A DNA stretch of 63,182 nt, filler included, from Reclinomonas americana ATCC 50394 (GCA_048213135.1; 20 parts of 20 records of this genome joined end to end with filler, not necessarily neighbours in it); one strand, 5' to 3'; counted from the whole stretch's first letter, positions 24,411-39,531 are shown. Translations and numbers: made by a program. Notes: generated by a model from the sequence alone, not told the origin.

Positions 24411-25210
24411 TTGTAATTGCAAGTTTCGGCCACAAAGCATGGCGAGAAGAAGGCGAAGAAGATACACCGGTTAGTTTCCAGGTGTGCGTTTGTCGAAGTC
24501 GGCACGAGCGGGAAAGGAATTGCGTCCCGCGCAAATTCGTTCTACTTTTTCCAGCGCAATCATGAGCGACGGTGACGCCCCAGGAGAAGGCCCCTCTGCC
24601 TCTGTGGCAGAATCCATCCCACCCTTGCACTTCCTCACAGTCGCCGCTCCCGAAGAAGACGCCATGGAAGCTCCATTCCTCTTGTTGGCACTCTTTGATC
24701 GTGCGCGCGCAAGTGACACTCCCGGCGTGCAATGCGCCTTGGCCTCCATGTTTCGTCGCGTTCTTCAGCGCCTTGATACCGAACAGCAAGAAGGAGAAGC
24801 GATATCGATCAAAATCGAAATCGAAGTCGAAGCACGTGGCATTGTAATTGCAAGTTTCAGCTACAAAGCATGGCGAGAAGAAGGCGAAGAAGATGCACCG
24901 GTTAGTTTCTAGGTGTGCGTTTGTCGAAGTCGGCACGCTGGGTAAAAGGAATTGCGTCCCGCGCAAAATCGTTCAACAAAATCTTCAATCATGAGCGACG
25001 GTGACGCCCCAGGAGAAGGCCCCTCTGCCTCTGTGGCAGAATCCATCCCACCCTTGCACTTCCTCACGGTTTCAACACCAGAGGAAGACGCCATGGAAGC
25101 ACCATTCCTCCTGTTGGCGCTCTTTGATCGTGCGCGCGCAAGTGACACTCCCGGCGTGCAATGCGCCTTGGCCTCCATGTTTCGTCGCGTTCTCCAGCGC
25201 CTTGATGCCG
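24411..25210 (+). repeat. Tandem duplication (period about 430 bp) of a gene 5' end
   Basis: 24411-24780 is nearly identical to 24842-25207; both copies contain ATG MSDGDAPGEGPSASV (24562 and 24991). Confidence 0.95.
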
Positions 25211-25330
25211 ATCAACAAGGAGAAGCTTCTTCTTCTCGTCATCGGCAACCCGAGATCGACTATGTGGCGTTGGCGGCGGTGTGTGTCGCCGATCCGTTGT
25301 GTCGGGCGGCCTCGCATAATGTCGATGATG
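24991..25330 (+). CDS. Hypothetical protein, first exon; the upstream duplicate 24562-24912 is truncated
   Basis: The ORF ends at a GTGTGT donor followed by a long low-complexity intron. Confidence 0.45.
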
Positions 25331-26270
25331 GTGTGTGTGTGAGAGAGAGAGGGGGGAGGGAGTGAGGAAGTGTGTGAGAAGTGAGAGAATGTGTGTGTGT
25401 GTGTGAGAGAGAGAGCGAGCATGTGTGTAAGAGTGTGCGTTTGTGTGTGTGTGTGTGTGTATATGTTCTTTATCTGTGGTCTCTCTCTCTCACTCTCGCG
25501 CGCTCATCACACACTCTTCTCTTGATTGTGCATTTTGAGAGAGTTGTCTTTCGTTGGACATGTCGCGCTCTTCTCTCCCTCACTCACTCTTTGCCCATTG
25601 CCCTTTTTCCCTTCTCTCTCTCCTCCTCCTCTCTCTCTCTCTCTCTCTCTCTCGCAACCTCACTCACTCCTACTCACCCTTCAACAGTCGCTCTCTTTCC
25701 CTCCAAATCCCTCGTTCCTTCCCTCCCAAACGCTCACCCCCTCACTCTCTCGCGCACCCACTGCTTCCTTACTGCTTCTCCTCACGCGCTCTGTCTCCCT
25801 TCAACACTCACTCTCTCTCTCCCAAACCTCCCTTCCCCGTCTCTCTTCTGTACTCCTCCTTCCCTCACGCCTCACTCTCTTGCGCAGTCTGTATTCCCTC
25901 CCTCCCACCTTCGTTCCCTTGTCTCGCAGCCTGTGTTCCTTCCTTGTTCTCATCCCTCCTTCTTTCCCTCTTGCCTCACTCGCTCAGCCTCACTCATTCC
26001 CGCACTCCTGTCCTCGCGTGCTCTTTCTCCCTGCCAAATCCCTCCTTTTGCTCCTTCCCTCCCAGTCCCACCTTCGTTCCCTCTCTGGCTCGTTCACCCT
26101 CACTCTTCCTCAATCTCACCCCCTTACTCCTCCAGTGTTCCTTTCCCACTGCCCACCTCTCTCCCAAACCNNNNNNNNNNNNNNNNNNNNNNNNNNNNNN
26201 NNNNNNNNNNNNNNTTAATTAATTAANNNNNNNNNNNNNNNNNNNNNNNNNNNNNNNNNNNNNNNNNNNN

Positions 26271-26333
<63 letters not shown>

Positions 26334-26692
26334 GAGATAGGCAGAGGCAATGGCGAGAGAGTGATCGAATGTGAGAGGGATTAGCGAGAGGACAGTGAAG
26401 AAACAGGAGGCAGACGACATTCAGGCGAGTTAGTGTGCGAGTGGCTGATTCGCTGAGGAAGTGAGACTCTTGTTTTTCGCTCACTCTCTCTTCCACTCTT
26501 CCTTCCCTCGCTCTGTGTGTACGAGAGAGAAACAATGCAAGTATAGAAATGCAGCAAGCACGCTATCCCCCTCCTTTGGGAGAGAGAGAGAGTTTATTTG
26601 TCTCCGTGCACATGTACTTCGCACCTTGCGTTCCATACCCTGCATTCGATCCGTTCATCTCAATCCCCTTCTCACTCTGTATTTGACTACAG

Positions 26693-30759
<4,067 letters not shown>

Positions 30760-30852
30760 GCGCTCAATGATCAAAGAGGTTGGCTGGCTGGTGACCGGCG
30801 ACAAAAACAGAAATGAACCAATGCAAAAAGAGGTGGTTGTTTGTTTTGTTGC

Positions 30853-32460
30853 TTACACTCGAATCCGATCAAACATGCGACTTATACACCGGCCCACACA
30901 CGTGACAAACAGCCGCCACGACTCCTCCATCGAGTCGTTGATCGCCGCCGTCAAGTGCCACGCACGCGCCAACGCAGCGAAAAGCGCGCTCGTTTGCACA
31001 CGCGACAGATCGAGCTTGCGCAGCGCCTCGCCAATTTTGTGCAACTCGCCAAAGAGCATGCGACGCTCCTTGGTCGACGACAGCGACTGCGTGAGGGTGA
31101 GCAGCGACTTGACGAGGTCGCGGATGCGGTCGCTGACGCGGTCCCAGATACGCGTGCCGCCGCCTGCGGCGATGCTGTGAGGGTCGGCGGTGTGCGGGCG
31201 GGGGTCTGCGGGAGAAGGGGAGGGGAGAGGGGATGAGAAAAAGGAAAGGAGAGAAAAAGGATCTCATTCTCTCTCTGCCTCTCCACTTCATCTCGGCTGC
31301 ATTTCTCTTTCTCTACACCCCTTCTCCTTCACTTTCCCCTTCCCCCTTTCCCCCTTCCCCTTGCTGCCCTTCCCCTTTCCGCACCCAGTGGATACTCCCC
31401 CGACGGCCCCTCAATCTCCGTCGCCGCCACCACCACATCCTCCGGCTGCATGGCGGCGAGAATCGTCGACACAGTCTTGACAAAGTCGGCCAGGTTGTCG
31501 CGACGGTCGAGAGCGCGCTACCACATCAACAAAGAGGTGAGCAAACCTCACCCTCCCGCAGTCCCTTTCCTTCCCCACTCACCTTGGCATCGCGCAATTC
31601 ATCCGTAATGATATTGTCGAACTCGATCCCGTACAACGTGCTCGAATCACACAACAGCTCCGTGAACGCCGTGGCCATCACATGCAGGTCGTCGAACGTG
31701 AGAAACTGCGCTATCTCGTCAGATCTCCTTCCCTTCAATACCACCACCACCTTCCTCCCCAACAAACCGTGAGCCTCCGCTTCTCCAAATCGAAGCGGTG
31801 GTAGCAGAGAAAGATGACGCGCGCGTAGCGGCGAGCCAGAGTGGCGTTCAAGAAGAAGGCATGCTGAATGAGATCCGTCAGCGACACAATGCTCATGGCC
31901 GAGGTCCACGACGGCAGAGCGCGGTCCTTGACGTATTTGTAGATGCGGCGGGTGTTTTCAAACTGGCGGCGGTAGGCGCGCAGGTTGAGGGCGCCGCGCT
32001 CGGCCATATCGTCGGGTTCCTTGGCCAGGCGCGACTCGAGCTTCTTGCCGGCCAGGAGGCGCGCGACCAGCGGGTCCAGCGAGTAGTACTGGTGCAGCAG
32101 CTCACGGAAGACGCTGGCCGACACCATGAGGGTCGATGGCAGCGATTGGTAGAGCGCGGCGCGATCTGTGAGGAGAAGAAGGTTGGGGGGCGGGACGATC
32201 GGAGGGTGCAAGGAGATTGAGGACTAACCAGCTTCATGCGTGACCGAGGGCACGTGCGCGGCCATGGGCAACGGCGGCAATTGGCCCGTGTACGCCATGG
32301 ACAGGGATTGCGTTGGCTGCAGGGCTGCACCCGAGGCGCCGGTGCCGAGAGTCGTGCCTGACATGGGCGAGGGAGAGGGCGAGGTAGCGGGAGTGGAGGA
32401 TCCGCCATTGCCGCCGCCAGTGGCAGCTGCATTGCCGGCGGCGCCGGTGCCTCCAATTGC
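30853..32460 (-). CDS. FIBP: FGF intracellular-binding protein homolog, spliced, 5'-partial
   Basis: YYSLDPLVARLLAGKKL..RRQFENTRRIYK..IQHAFFLNATLARRYARVIFLCYHRFDLEKRRL.FLTFDD matches the FIBP core. The last exon 31174-30853 ends WRLFVTCVGRCISRMFD..TAA. Confidence 0.85.
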
Positions 32461-32563
32461 TGAAGAGGAGGCATCGAAATAAGGTGAGAAGCAGAATGGG
32501 CTGCTCTCTCGCACATGCTTCAGCTCGCTGCTTTCCTTGTCTCGCTGTTCGCTCTTCCTCCTG

Positions 32564-32597
<34 letters not shown>

Positions 32598-32697
32598 NNN
32601 NNNNNNNNNNNNNNNNNNNNNNNNNNNNNNNNNNNNNNNNNTTAATTAATTAANNNNNNNNNNNNNNNNNNNNNNNNNNNNNNNNNNNNNNNNNNNN

Positions 32698-32862
32698 CGA
32701 AAACGCTCGCGTCGCGAGGGACCCTTGCCCCGAAGGCGACTTGCCCCGTAAACCGATTTGGCTGAGCTTCAGACGCTCATCATGCTGATGCCCGACTAGC
32801 GCGCGGATGGCCTCGACCTCTGCCTGCCACCAGGCGATCTGCGCGCTGCGGCTCACGGTCAA
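32698..32862 (-). CDS. Probable relaxase N-terminus (3'-truncated by gap)
   Basis: Overlaps the mobC stop. The call is positional only; no catalytic motif is visible. Confidence 0.4.
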
Positions 32863-33338
32863 TCCGCCTCCGCCGGAAGCGTGAGGCTCGCCTCGCGGCG
32901 CAGCTTCGAGCCATAGGCCACCGTCATCTCGGTGAGCTCGTCATTGATCGCAGCAACAGCCTCGTGCAGTCCGCGCCAAACCGCTTCGGTATCGTCCATG
33001 CCGACCGCCTCGCCGCGATGGATCGCCTTCAGCATCTGCGCGAGGTTTCGGCCGACAGCGCGCAATTGCTGCGCGAGCGAAACAACGGCTTGAGTGTTCT
33101 CGGCCGACAACGCCGGCCCGGCCTGTACCGAGGCTCGGATCAGGCGTCGCACCACCTCCGCTTTCGGCAGGCCGAAGAGCGCGACCGCATCCTCCAGCCG
33201 CTGCTCATCGGCTGCGGATAGTTCCGTCCGCAGCCTAGCCTTCCGTTTCGGAGCCACTGCAGAGCCCGCCACGCGCCGCCTCCTCGTCCCGGTCGCAACC
33301 CCGTCAAGCGCAGGCACCGGCCTCAAACCAGATCCCAT
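32859..33338 (-). CDS. mobC: MobC-like relaxosome accessory protein
   Basis: RHH-like segment (RTELSAADEQRL..PKAEVVRRLIRA) plus LRAVGRNLAQML, matching the MobC L..iG.NlNQ motif. Confidence 0.75.
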   Translation of the reverse strand: MGSGLRPVPALDGVATGTRRRRVAGSAVAPKRKARLRTELSAADEQRLEDAVALFGLPKAEVVRRLIRASVQAGPALSAENTQAVVSLAQQLRAVGRNLAQMLKAIHRGEAVGMDDTEAVWRGLHEAVAAINDELTEMTVAYGSKLRREASLTLPAEAD

Positions 33339-33388
33339 ACGGCGCCGACGCTCGGCGCCGTCACGGCTGCGCTCAGCAGCCGTCCCGA

Positions 33389-33417
33389 GTTTGTGGCCCA
33401 CAAACCGGTATCTTGTC
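33389..33417 (+). promoter_or_regulatory. Candidate oriT (inverted repeat plus MOBP-like nic site)
   Basis: GTTTGTGG-C-CCACAAAC is followed by CGGTATCTTGT, which resembles YATCCTG|Y; it lies immediately upstream of mobC. Confidence 0.6.
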
Positions 33418-33915
33418 AATCTAATATCTATTAAAATAGACGGCTTTACCACAGCGCCGAACCCGTCACGGGTCGAGCTTCCACGGCCCCACTCCAGGGC
33501 GCAGCTCTCCACGGAGGGAGGATGGTCCGAGCACGCTATTACCGCAATTCTGCATCAACGGATTCCGGCACAGCGCTCACTCTCTAATCCCGCAATGTCG
33601 TATTTCATAAAAAGCCGAATATCGACTTGTGAGAGCACGACAACAGCATTTCACGGCGATAGGATTCTGCATGATTGCGGTAGGCGTACGTTATGGCCTT
33701 GCTTCGGCGCGTTTATTCGGTGCTTCGGCATAAACGAGAAATCGTATGTCGCTGAGACGATAACTCGTTCCTGCGGCACTGCCTGATTGCGATAGTCCCG
33801 CATCATGACATCGCCGCCACCCCGCAATGAACGGTTCCGGTGTTGCCGCTAAACCGAGTTGTCTAACATCTATTATAATATACATTGGCACCCGCACTCA
33901 TGAGAAGGAGCGCCG

Positions 33916-34622
33916 ATGCCGAGCATCTTCGCCGTCGCTAATCCCAAGGGAGGAAGCGGCAAGACAACCGTCGGAATCATCCTCGCGGGCGAATTCGCCC
34001 GGCACGGTTATGCGGTCGCGATCATCGACGCGGACCCGCAAGGTTCGTCCTACCAGTGGCATGCATCGAGCATCGCGCGTGGGATGACGCCGCACGGCAT
34101 TGTTCTGATCTGGTCCGAGCGGCCAACGAGGCGGCACTCTTCGCGGCGATCGACGACCTCGACCGCTACGACGTCGTGGTGATCGACACTCCGGGCTACT
34201 ACGGCAACGTTCTGATCCAGTCGGCGCTTCGGGCGGACCTAGTGGTCCTGCCCTGCAAAGCACACACCTTTGACGCGTCGCAGGTCGTGCGTACCATTCG
34301 GAACCTGGAACAGCATGCAGCGGCATCGGCGTTGCCGATGAGCCAGCATCGGGTGTTGCTCAACGAGTATGACAGCCTCGATCGCAATACGCGTCCGCTG
34401 CGCGAGGTCGTTGCCTATCTCGATGCCGAACGGGTACCGATCTGCTCGAACGCGCTCTATCGCCGAGTCACCTATCGCACCATGACCAGCGGCCACGGCA
34501 CGCTCTACCAGATGAGTGACAGCGACGAGCCCGTGCGCAAGGCCCGCTACAATGCCGACCAGGTCGTCCGGGAATTGCTGGCCGCCAGCCAAGGTACGCC
34601 TCCGGACGAGGCGGCGGCTTGA
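33916..34622 (+). pseudogene. ParA/VirC1-like ATPase with a frameshift near 34105
   Basis: NPKGGSGKTT and DADPQG lie in one frame, IDTPG and ADLVVLP in another; a 5-nt TTCTG/ATCTG near-duplication would explain the shift. Confidence 0.8.
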
Positions 34623-34623
34623 G

Positions 34624-34903
34624 ATGGGCGGCCGCGGTTCCAACCACAAGCCGGAGCGCCCTGCCCTGCCTCGCGACGCGTTCCGATCACAACGGATTGC
34701 CGCATCCGGCGCGGACGCGCCTGGGCCGAGGCCCCTCGTCGTGACACCCGTCTATGACGAGACGAGTTCCGGAGGTCCCGATCTCCACACCTCGTCGCCG
34801 CGTCAAGGCAGCAGCTCCGCGACGCCGGCGCAGCGGCCGGTGCGCGCCAAGCCCGACCGTAATCCCTTCGAGGCCTACGGCGAGCGCTCATCGTCCAGGC
34901 CTT
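34624..34903 (+). CDS. ParA partner (VirC2-like position), truncated
   Basis: ATG right after the parA stop; Pro/Ser-rich N-terminus. Confidence 0.45.
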
Positions 34904-35003
34904 NNNNNNNNNNNNNNNNNNNNNNNNNNNNNNNNNNNNNNNNNNNNTTAATTAATTAANNNNNNNNNNNNNNNNNNNNNNNNNNNNNNNNNNNNNNNNN
35001 NNN

Positions 35004-35094
35004 CCAGCTCCTCGGCGATCTGGCGGTGCTCGGCGGCATTGCAGCAATTCCTGAGTTCGGCGCGCAGTTCCTCAATGTGCTGTTCGATCGGCAT
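35004..35094 (-). CDS. Small hypothetical mobile-element protein (MPIEQHIEELRAEL..), truncated
   Basis: AGGAG ribosome-binding site upstream of the ATG at 35094. Confidence 0.5.
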
Positions 35095-35667
35095 CGTCGT
35101 CTCCTGAATTCGTGTGAAAGACGACGCCTCGGGTCATGGTGGGCCGCAGCGGTCAGGGATCGCGCAGCGACCGGCGAAGCCGGCGAGTGGGGGAGCCGAT
35201 TTTCTGGCGCCCGGCAGGGTGTCGGAAAATTGGGGGTACCGCTCGTCCTTGGCCGGTGCGGACCGCCATGGCACCCTCGGACGATCTGAGCAGGCTTTCC
35301 AGGCTCCGGTCGGCTCCAGCAAGCCGGAAGCCGGCTCGATGCCGGGTTCCGGCTTCTCCACCGTTTCATCATCCGGAGCGAGGCTGAGGAGCGGCGCAGC
35401 GATGTCGTGCCTCGGCCCAACCTGCGGCGCTCCTCGGCGCGGGCCGCCGATGGACGGCCAGACGCGATCTGGCAGGACCGCGCAGAAACGAACGGACAGC
35501 CGGAGCGATGGCGGGCACGAGGTTTGGGCAAGGCCGCTGGCGTTCGTCCGTGGTCCCCAGTCGCGCAGGACAGCGAAGGCTGAAGGGGCCGGGCTCGATC
35601 CGCCTCAACGGCTTGCATCGGCAATCACGCGAAGCGACAGTTCGAGGGCCAGCGAGGAGAGAGCACG

Positions 35668-36867
35668 ATGCGCCGGTTCGAGATCTCGGGTCGTAGTCTG
35701 CGCGAGGACGATCCGGCGTTACCTGCGGCGATCGCGGCAGCGTATCGCGATCGGATCCGCCCGGTTTGTCTATGCCGGGATCCTGGCATCCCGATGTATG
35801 TCGCGGCAATGGGCGATCAGCATGTTGTCAAGCGCATGCCGCTGAGCGGTGGTCAGCATGATCCGTCCTGCGACTCCTACGAGCCTCCGGTCGACCTGTC
35901 GGGCCTGGGGCCGCTGATGGGCAGCGCGATCCGGCTCGATCCCGCCAGCGGCATGGCAGCACTACGGCTCGAGTTCAGCCTGACGCGGACCGGCAGCCGG
36001 GCGGCGCCCACGCCAGGCGTGACGGAAGCGACCTCGGTGAAAAGCGAGGCGCGCCGGTTGTCACTGCGCGCGCTTTTGCACCTGCTCTGGAACGAGTCGG
36101 GCCTGACCAAATGGACCTCGGCCTGGGCCGGCAAGCGCCATTGGTGGAACATCCGATACCACCTGATCGAAGCGGCAAAGACGATGCTGGTAAAAGGCGC
36201 TCCGCTCGGCGAGGTGCTGCTGATCCCCGAGCCTTTCCGGACGGAGAACAAGGAAGCGATCGAACAGCGACGCGCCGCTGCGCTCAGCGCGATTCACGCG
36301 CAGAAGACTGGCCCGCGGAAGCTGATGGTGCTGGTCGGCGAGGTGAAGGAATTCCAGGAGGCGCGCGGGGGTCACCGATTGGTGGTCAAGCACATGCCAG
36401 GCTTTCCGTTTCTGCTCGATGATCGAACCTGGCAGCGGGTGCAGGCGCGGTTTGAGGCCGAGCTCGCGTTGTGGGCGGCAAATGACGCCTCGCACCTGAT
36501 CGCGATCACGACGTTTGGATTGAATGCTGCCGCCATTGCGATCGTCGAGGAAATCGCGCTGATGGTGGTGGCGGAGAACTGGATTCCCTATGAATCCGCG
36601 CAGGAGCTGCGCCTTGTCGAGGCGCTGGCCAAGGTCCGCGAACAGAGCATCAAGGGCCTGCGCTATGCCACGCCTTCGGACCAACCGATCGCGGCAGCCC
36701 TGTTGATGCAGCACCGGCCACGCCCGCTTGCTCTGTTCGTCGTGCCGGCGAGCGTAGATGACGCTTATGGGAGCGCGCTCACGGAAATGATCGCCTCCCG
36801 CCCCGAAATGGATAGCTGGATCTGGCACACGGGTCAGGGAGAGATGCCCCCGCTACCGGCGCGATAA
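35668..36867 (+). CDS. DUF1173 family protein
   Basis: CLC..PMYVA..VKRMPLSG.QH.PSC.SY N-terminal motif; 399 aa; RBS GAGGAG. Confidence 0.8.
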   Translation: MRRFEISGRSLREDDPALPAAIAAAYRDRIRPVCLCRDPGIPMYVAAMGDQHVVKRMPLSGGQHDPSCDSYEPPVDLSGLGPLMGSAIRLDPASGMAALRLEFSLTRTGSRAAPTPGVTEATSVKSEARRLSLRALLHLLWNESGLTKWTSAWAGKRHWWNIRYHLIEAAKTMLVKGAPLGEVLLIPEPFRTENKEAIEQRRAAALSAIHAQKTGPRKLMVLVGEVKEFQEARGGHRLVVKHMPGFPFLLDDRTWQRVQARFEAELALWAANDASHLIAITTFGLNAAAIAIVEEIALMVVAENWIPYESAQELRLVEALAKVREQSIKGLRYATPSDQPIAAALLMQHRPRPLALFVVPASVDDAYGSALTEMIASRPEMDSWIWHTGQGEMPPLPAR

Positions 36868-37416
36868 CATCGTTTTCTAAGACGGCTCGACCGGAACGGA
36901 CGCNNNNNNNNNNNNNNNNNNNNNNNNNNNNNNNNNNNNNNNNNNNNTTAATTAATTAANNNNNNNNNNNNNNNNNNNNNNNNNNNNNNNNNNNNNNNNN
37001 NNNGCCTCGTTGTCTGAAACCCGGGGGAAGCGCGACGTGCCCTTCCTCGCGCGAGCCCCGCCGCAAGGCGGGGCTTTCTCCGGCGCGACCCGTCGGACGC
37101 ACGCAGCCAGCCGGTTGCGGCAGGCTGGATGTCGGCACTCGCCGCCATCGTCGCCCAACACCTTGCGGCTCGTCAGCCGGGGCATCCCGCACTGCCCAGC
37201 TTCCGCTCTCGGCGCCCGGCGACGGAGGGCGTCGGACAAGCGATCGTTACCGGAAACGGCTGAGACGGCCGCAGGCTGGCTCAGTGCCGCAGGCATAGAG
37301 CGCGGCCGCCCGGTACGGGCGGTGGCCCCAGCATAACGTCCAACGCTTACATCACGCCCAGCGCCAAGCACATCGAACGAATATTAGCGCCTTGAGCGCT
37401 GCGCAGGCTTGACCGA

Positions 37417-37670
37417 TCAACGCTCATGACGGGCCGGACGTGCGAGCCGATGGAGATGACGGGCGTAGACGCTGACCGCTTTCCAGTATGCCGCCATCGG
37501 CGCCTTGCTCTGGCGCCAGCTCCGTTCGGCGCGATACCGCGCGTCGACAGAGAGGTCGGAAAGCAACGCCGCAAGAGCCTGCCGCGCTTCGGGCGGCAGC
37601 GCAAGGATCAGTCGGGCCGCCGGGAGGGCGAGGAGCGGATTCCTGACCTCCGCTTTCGAGGATCGATCAG
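37417..37670 (-). CDS. Conserved hypothetical ICE/plasmid protein
   Basis: RNPLLALPAA..RAERSWRQSKAPMAAYWKAVSVYARH; translationally coupled to the upstream gene. Confidence 0.6.
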
Positions 37671-38537
37671 ACACCGCACATCCCCTCGCACTCGCTCGGC
37701 CACAGGTCGAGCTGACCATGATCGGCCAGCGTCGACAGGTCAGCCTCGTTCAGCGGTACGCAGGAGCGGTGCAGATAAACCTCGCCGCGAATGCCGCGCA
37801 CACCTTTCCGCAAGGCGAGGTCGACCTCCACGGCGTCCGCCCATGCCTCCGGATCATTGTCGCGCATCGATCGCCAGCGTCCGTTGTCGTGGAAAGGACA
37901 ACCTATGCACGCGGACTTCGGCGGATCGGGGTAGCCGTGACGGCGAAGCCAGGCCAGACAATCACGGCGGCTCATGCGCTTTTCGATCAGCGGAAAGCGC
38001 TTCGCCTGCCACGCCTCGAAACTCGGCTTCGCGCGGATGATCTCGTCCGTCGAAATGCCTATCCATTGCTCGACAACAGGAAAGGGTGGCGAGCGCTTTC
38101 GGGTCAGGCCGACAAGCTCGCGGACCTTCCGGCGGATCGGCACGATCTTGAAGTCGGTCGTGCATTGACGGCGGATCATGCCGATGGAGACAGTTTCAGC
38201 GCCGGCGTGGCGCGAGCCGATCTCGACGAGTTCGCCCCCGTCATCCTCGTCATAGACGGGAACGACCGCGCCGGCGGGCGTGACCGTCTTTGCGAAGGCC
38301 GGGATCGACGCCCATCGTTTGCCTTCGCTGGCGCCGACCAAGCCGTCACGGATGTTGCCCGCTGATACGATGTGAACGGGAAACGGCAACACGTTGCCGG
38401 ACATGAGCCAGTCGAGATGCTCATAGACGGCTTTCGGTTCCCAACCCGTGTCGGCGAAAATCGCGCAATCGGGCATCGCTGGCCCGATCTCGCCATGCGC
38501 CGCCATCAGGGCCAGCGTCGTGGACTGAACGCCGGCG
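37667..38537 (-). CDS. PAPS-reductase-like (adenine nucleotide alpha-hydrolase, PP-loop) protein, 5'-partial
   Basis: Motifs AGVQST, IFADTGWE, RRQCTTDFK, IGISTDE, FPL, KSACIGCPF and a C-terminal ECEGMC. Confidence 0.75.
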
Positions 38538-38703
38538 NNNNNNNNNNNNNNNNNNNNNNNNNNNNNNNNNNNNNNNNNNNNTTAATTAATTAANNNNNNN
38601 NNNNNNNNNNNNNNNNNNNNNNNNNNNNNNNNNNNNNGCCCCCCGGCGCGAATCAGCCCAACGAGATGACGCATGGCGTCGAGGTAGGAGGAGTGGGCGC
38701 CCA

Positions 38704-39125
38704 TCACGCGGCCTCCCGCTCGTCCGTGATCGCCGGCTGGAGATCGTGAAGATAGGAGACGGCGCGCTGGGCATGCGCGGCGGCCTGGAAGATCGCGCGC
38801 TTGTCGTCTGCGAGAACGCGAAGCCAGGAATCGAGATAGGAGGCGTGGTCCAGCCTCGGCTCAAGCTCCGGCGCGATGCCGAGGTCGGCACAGAGGAAAC
38901 AGCTCCCCAATTCCGCGATCAGCTCCTCGCGCGCGCGTTCGCTCTTGTCCTTCCCGTAGCGAGAGAGGTCGCGTTTCACGCGATGGGGCGCCGCCGTCCA
39001 GTGGCATGCCTCATGGCTGAGCGTCGCGACGTAGGAGGCCGCGTCGCGGAACGTGGGGAACGGCGGCATCTGGATGAAGTCGCCGGCGGGCGAATAGAAG
39101 GCCTTGTCGCCACCATGGCGGATCC
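38704..39125 (-). pseudogene. ardC: ArdC antirestriction protein, C-terminal zincin-like (MPTase) half only
   Basis: IRHGGDKAFYSP..DFIQMP..LSHEACHWT..AREELIAELG..HASYLDSW; the N-terminal ssDNA-binding domain is absent. Confidence 0.8.
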
Positions 39126-39205
39126 GCCTGGGGGCTGGACTTCGTCTGGCGAGCACGGTCGGGATTGTCCTTCAGCGCGCGCGGATCGACCTTCGTGAGA
39201 CGCAT
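39121..39205 (-). pseudogene. N-terminal stub of an ICE-type ParB-like protein
   Basis: MRLTKVDPRALKDNPDRARQTKSSPQAD with RBS AAGGAG, joined out of frame to ardC. Confidence 0.6.
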
Positions 39206-39531
39206 GGTGTTGCTCCTTCAAGGGGTGGGGGACGCAGGCCTTCGCCGGTCCTTTTCCGTCTTCTTCCCGAAGACCCCCTCCGGCCCGCGGAGCGGGCAGG
39301 CCGGTGCAACTGCGGCCGAGCATCCCTGCCCGGCCGGACAAGCGGGGCGCCAGCCCTGCGCGGGACGACGGGTTGGGATCGCGAGCGGCGCGGTTGAGCG
39401 CCAGCATCACCAGCCTGCCCGAGCTGCGAGCACCACCTCCTTCCTTTCTTCCTTCCCCTCTCATTGAATGCCACGACTTCTGACGCTATATTGCGTCATA
39501 ATAACTGGCGCTCTGATTGGAGGTTTCTGGG

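Noticed and set aside
32698..34903. T-DNA-like bacterial transfer into the protist genome
   Set aside because: The adjacency is across an artificial linker; there is no real junction and no introns in the bacterial genes.
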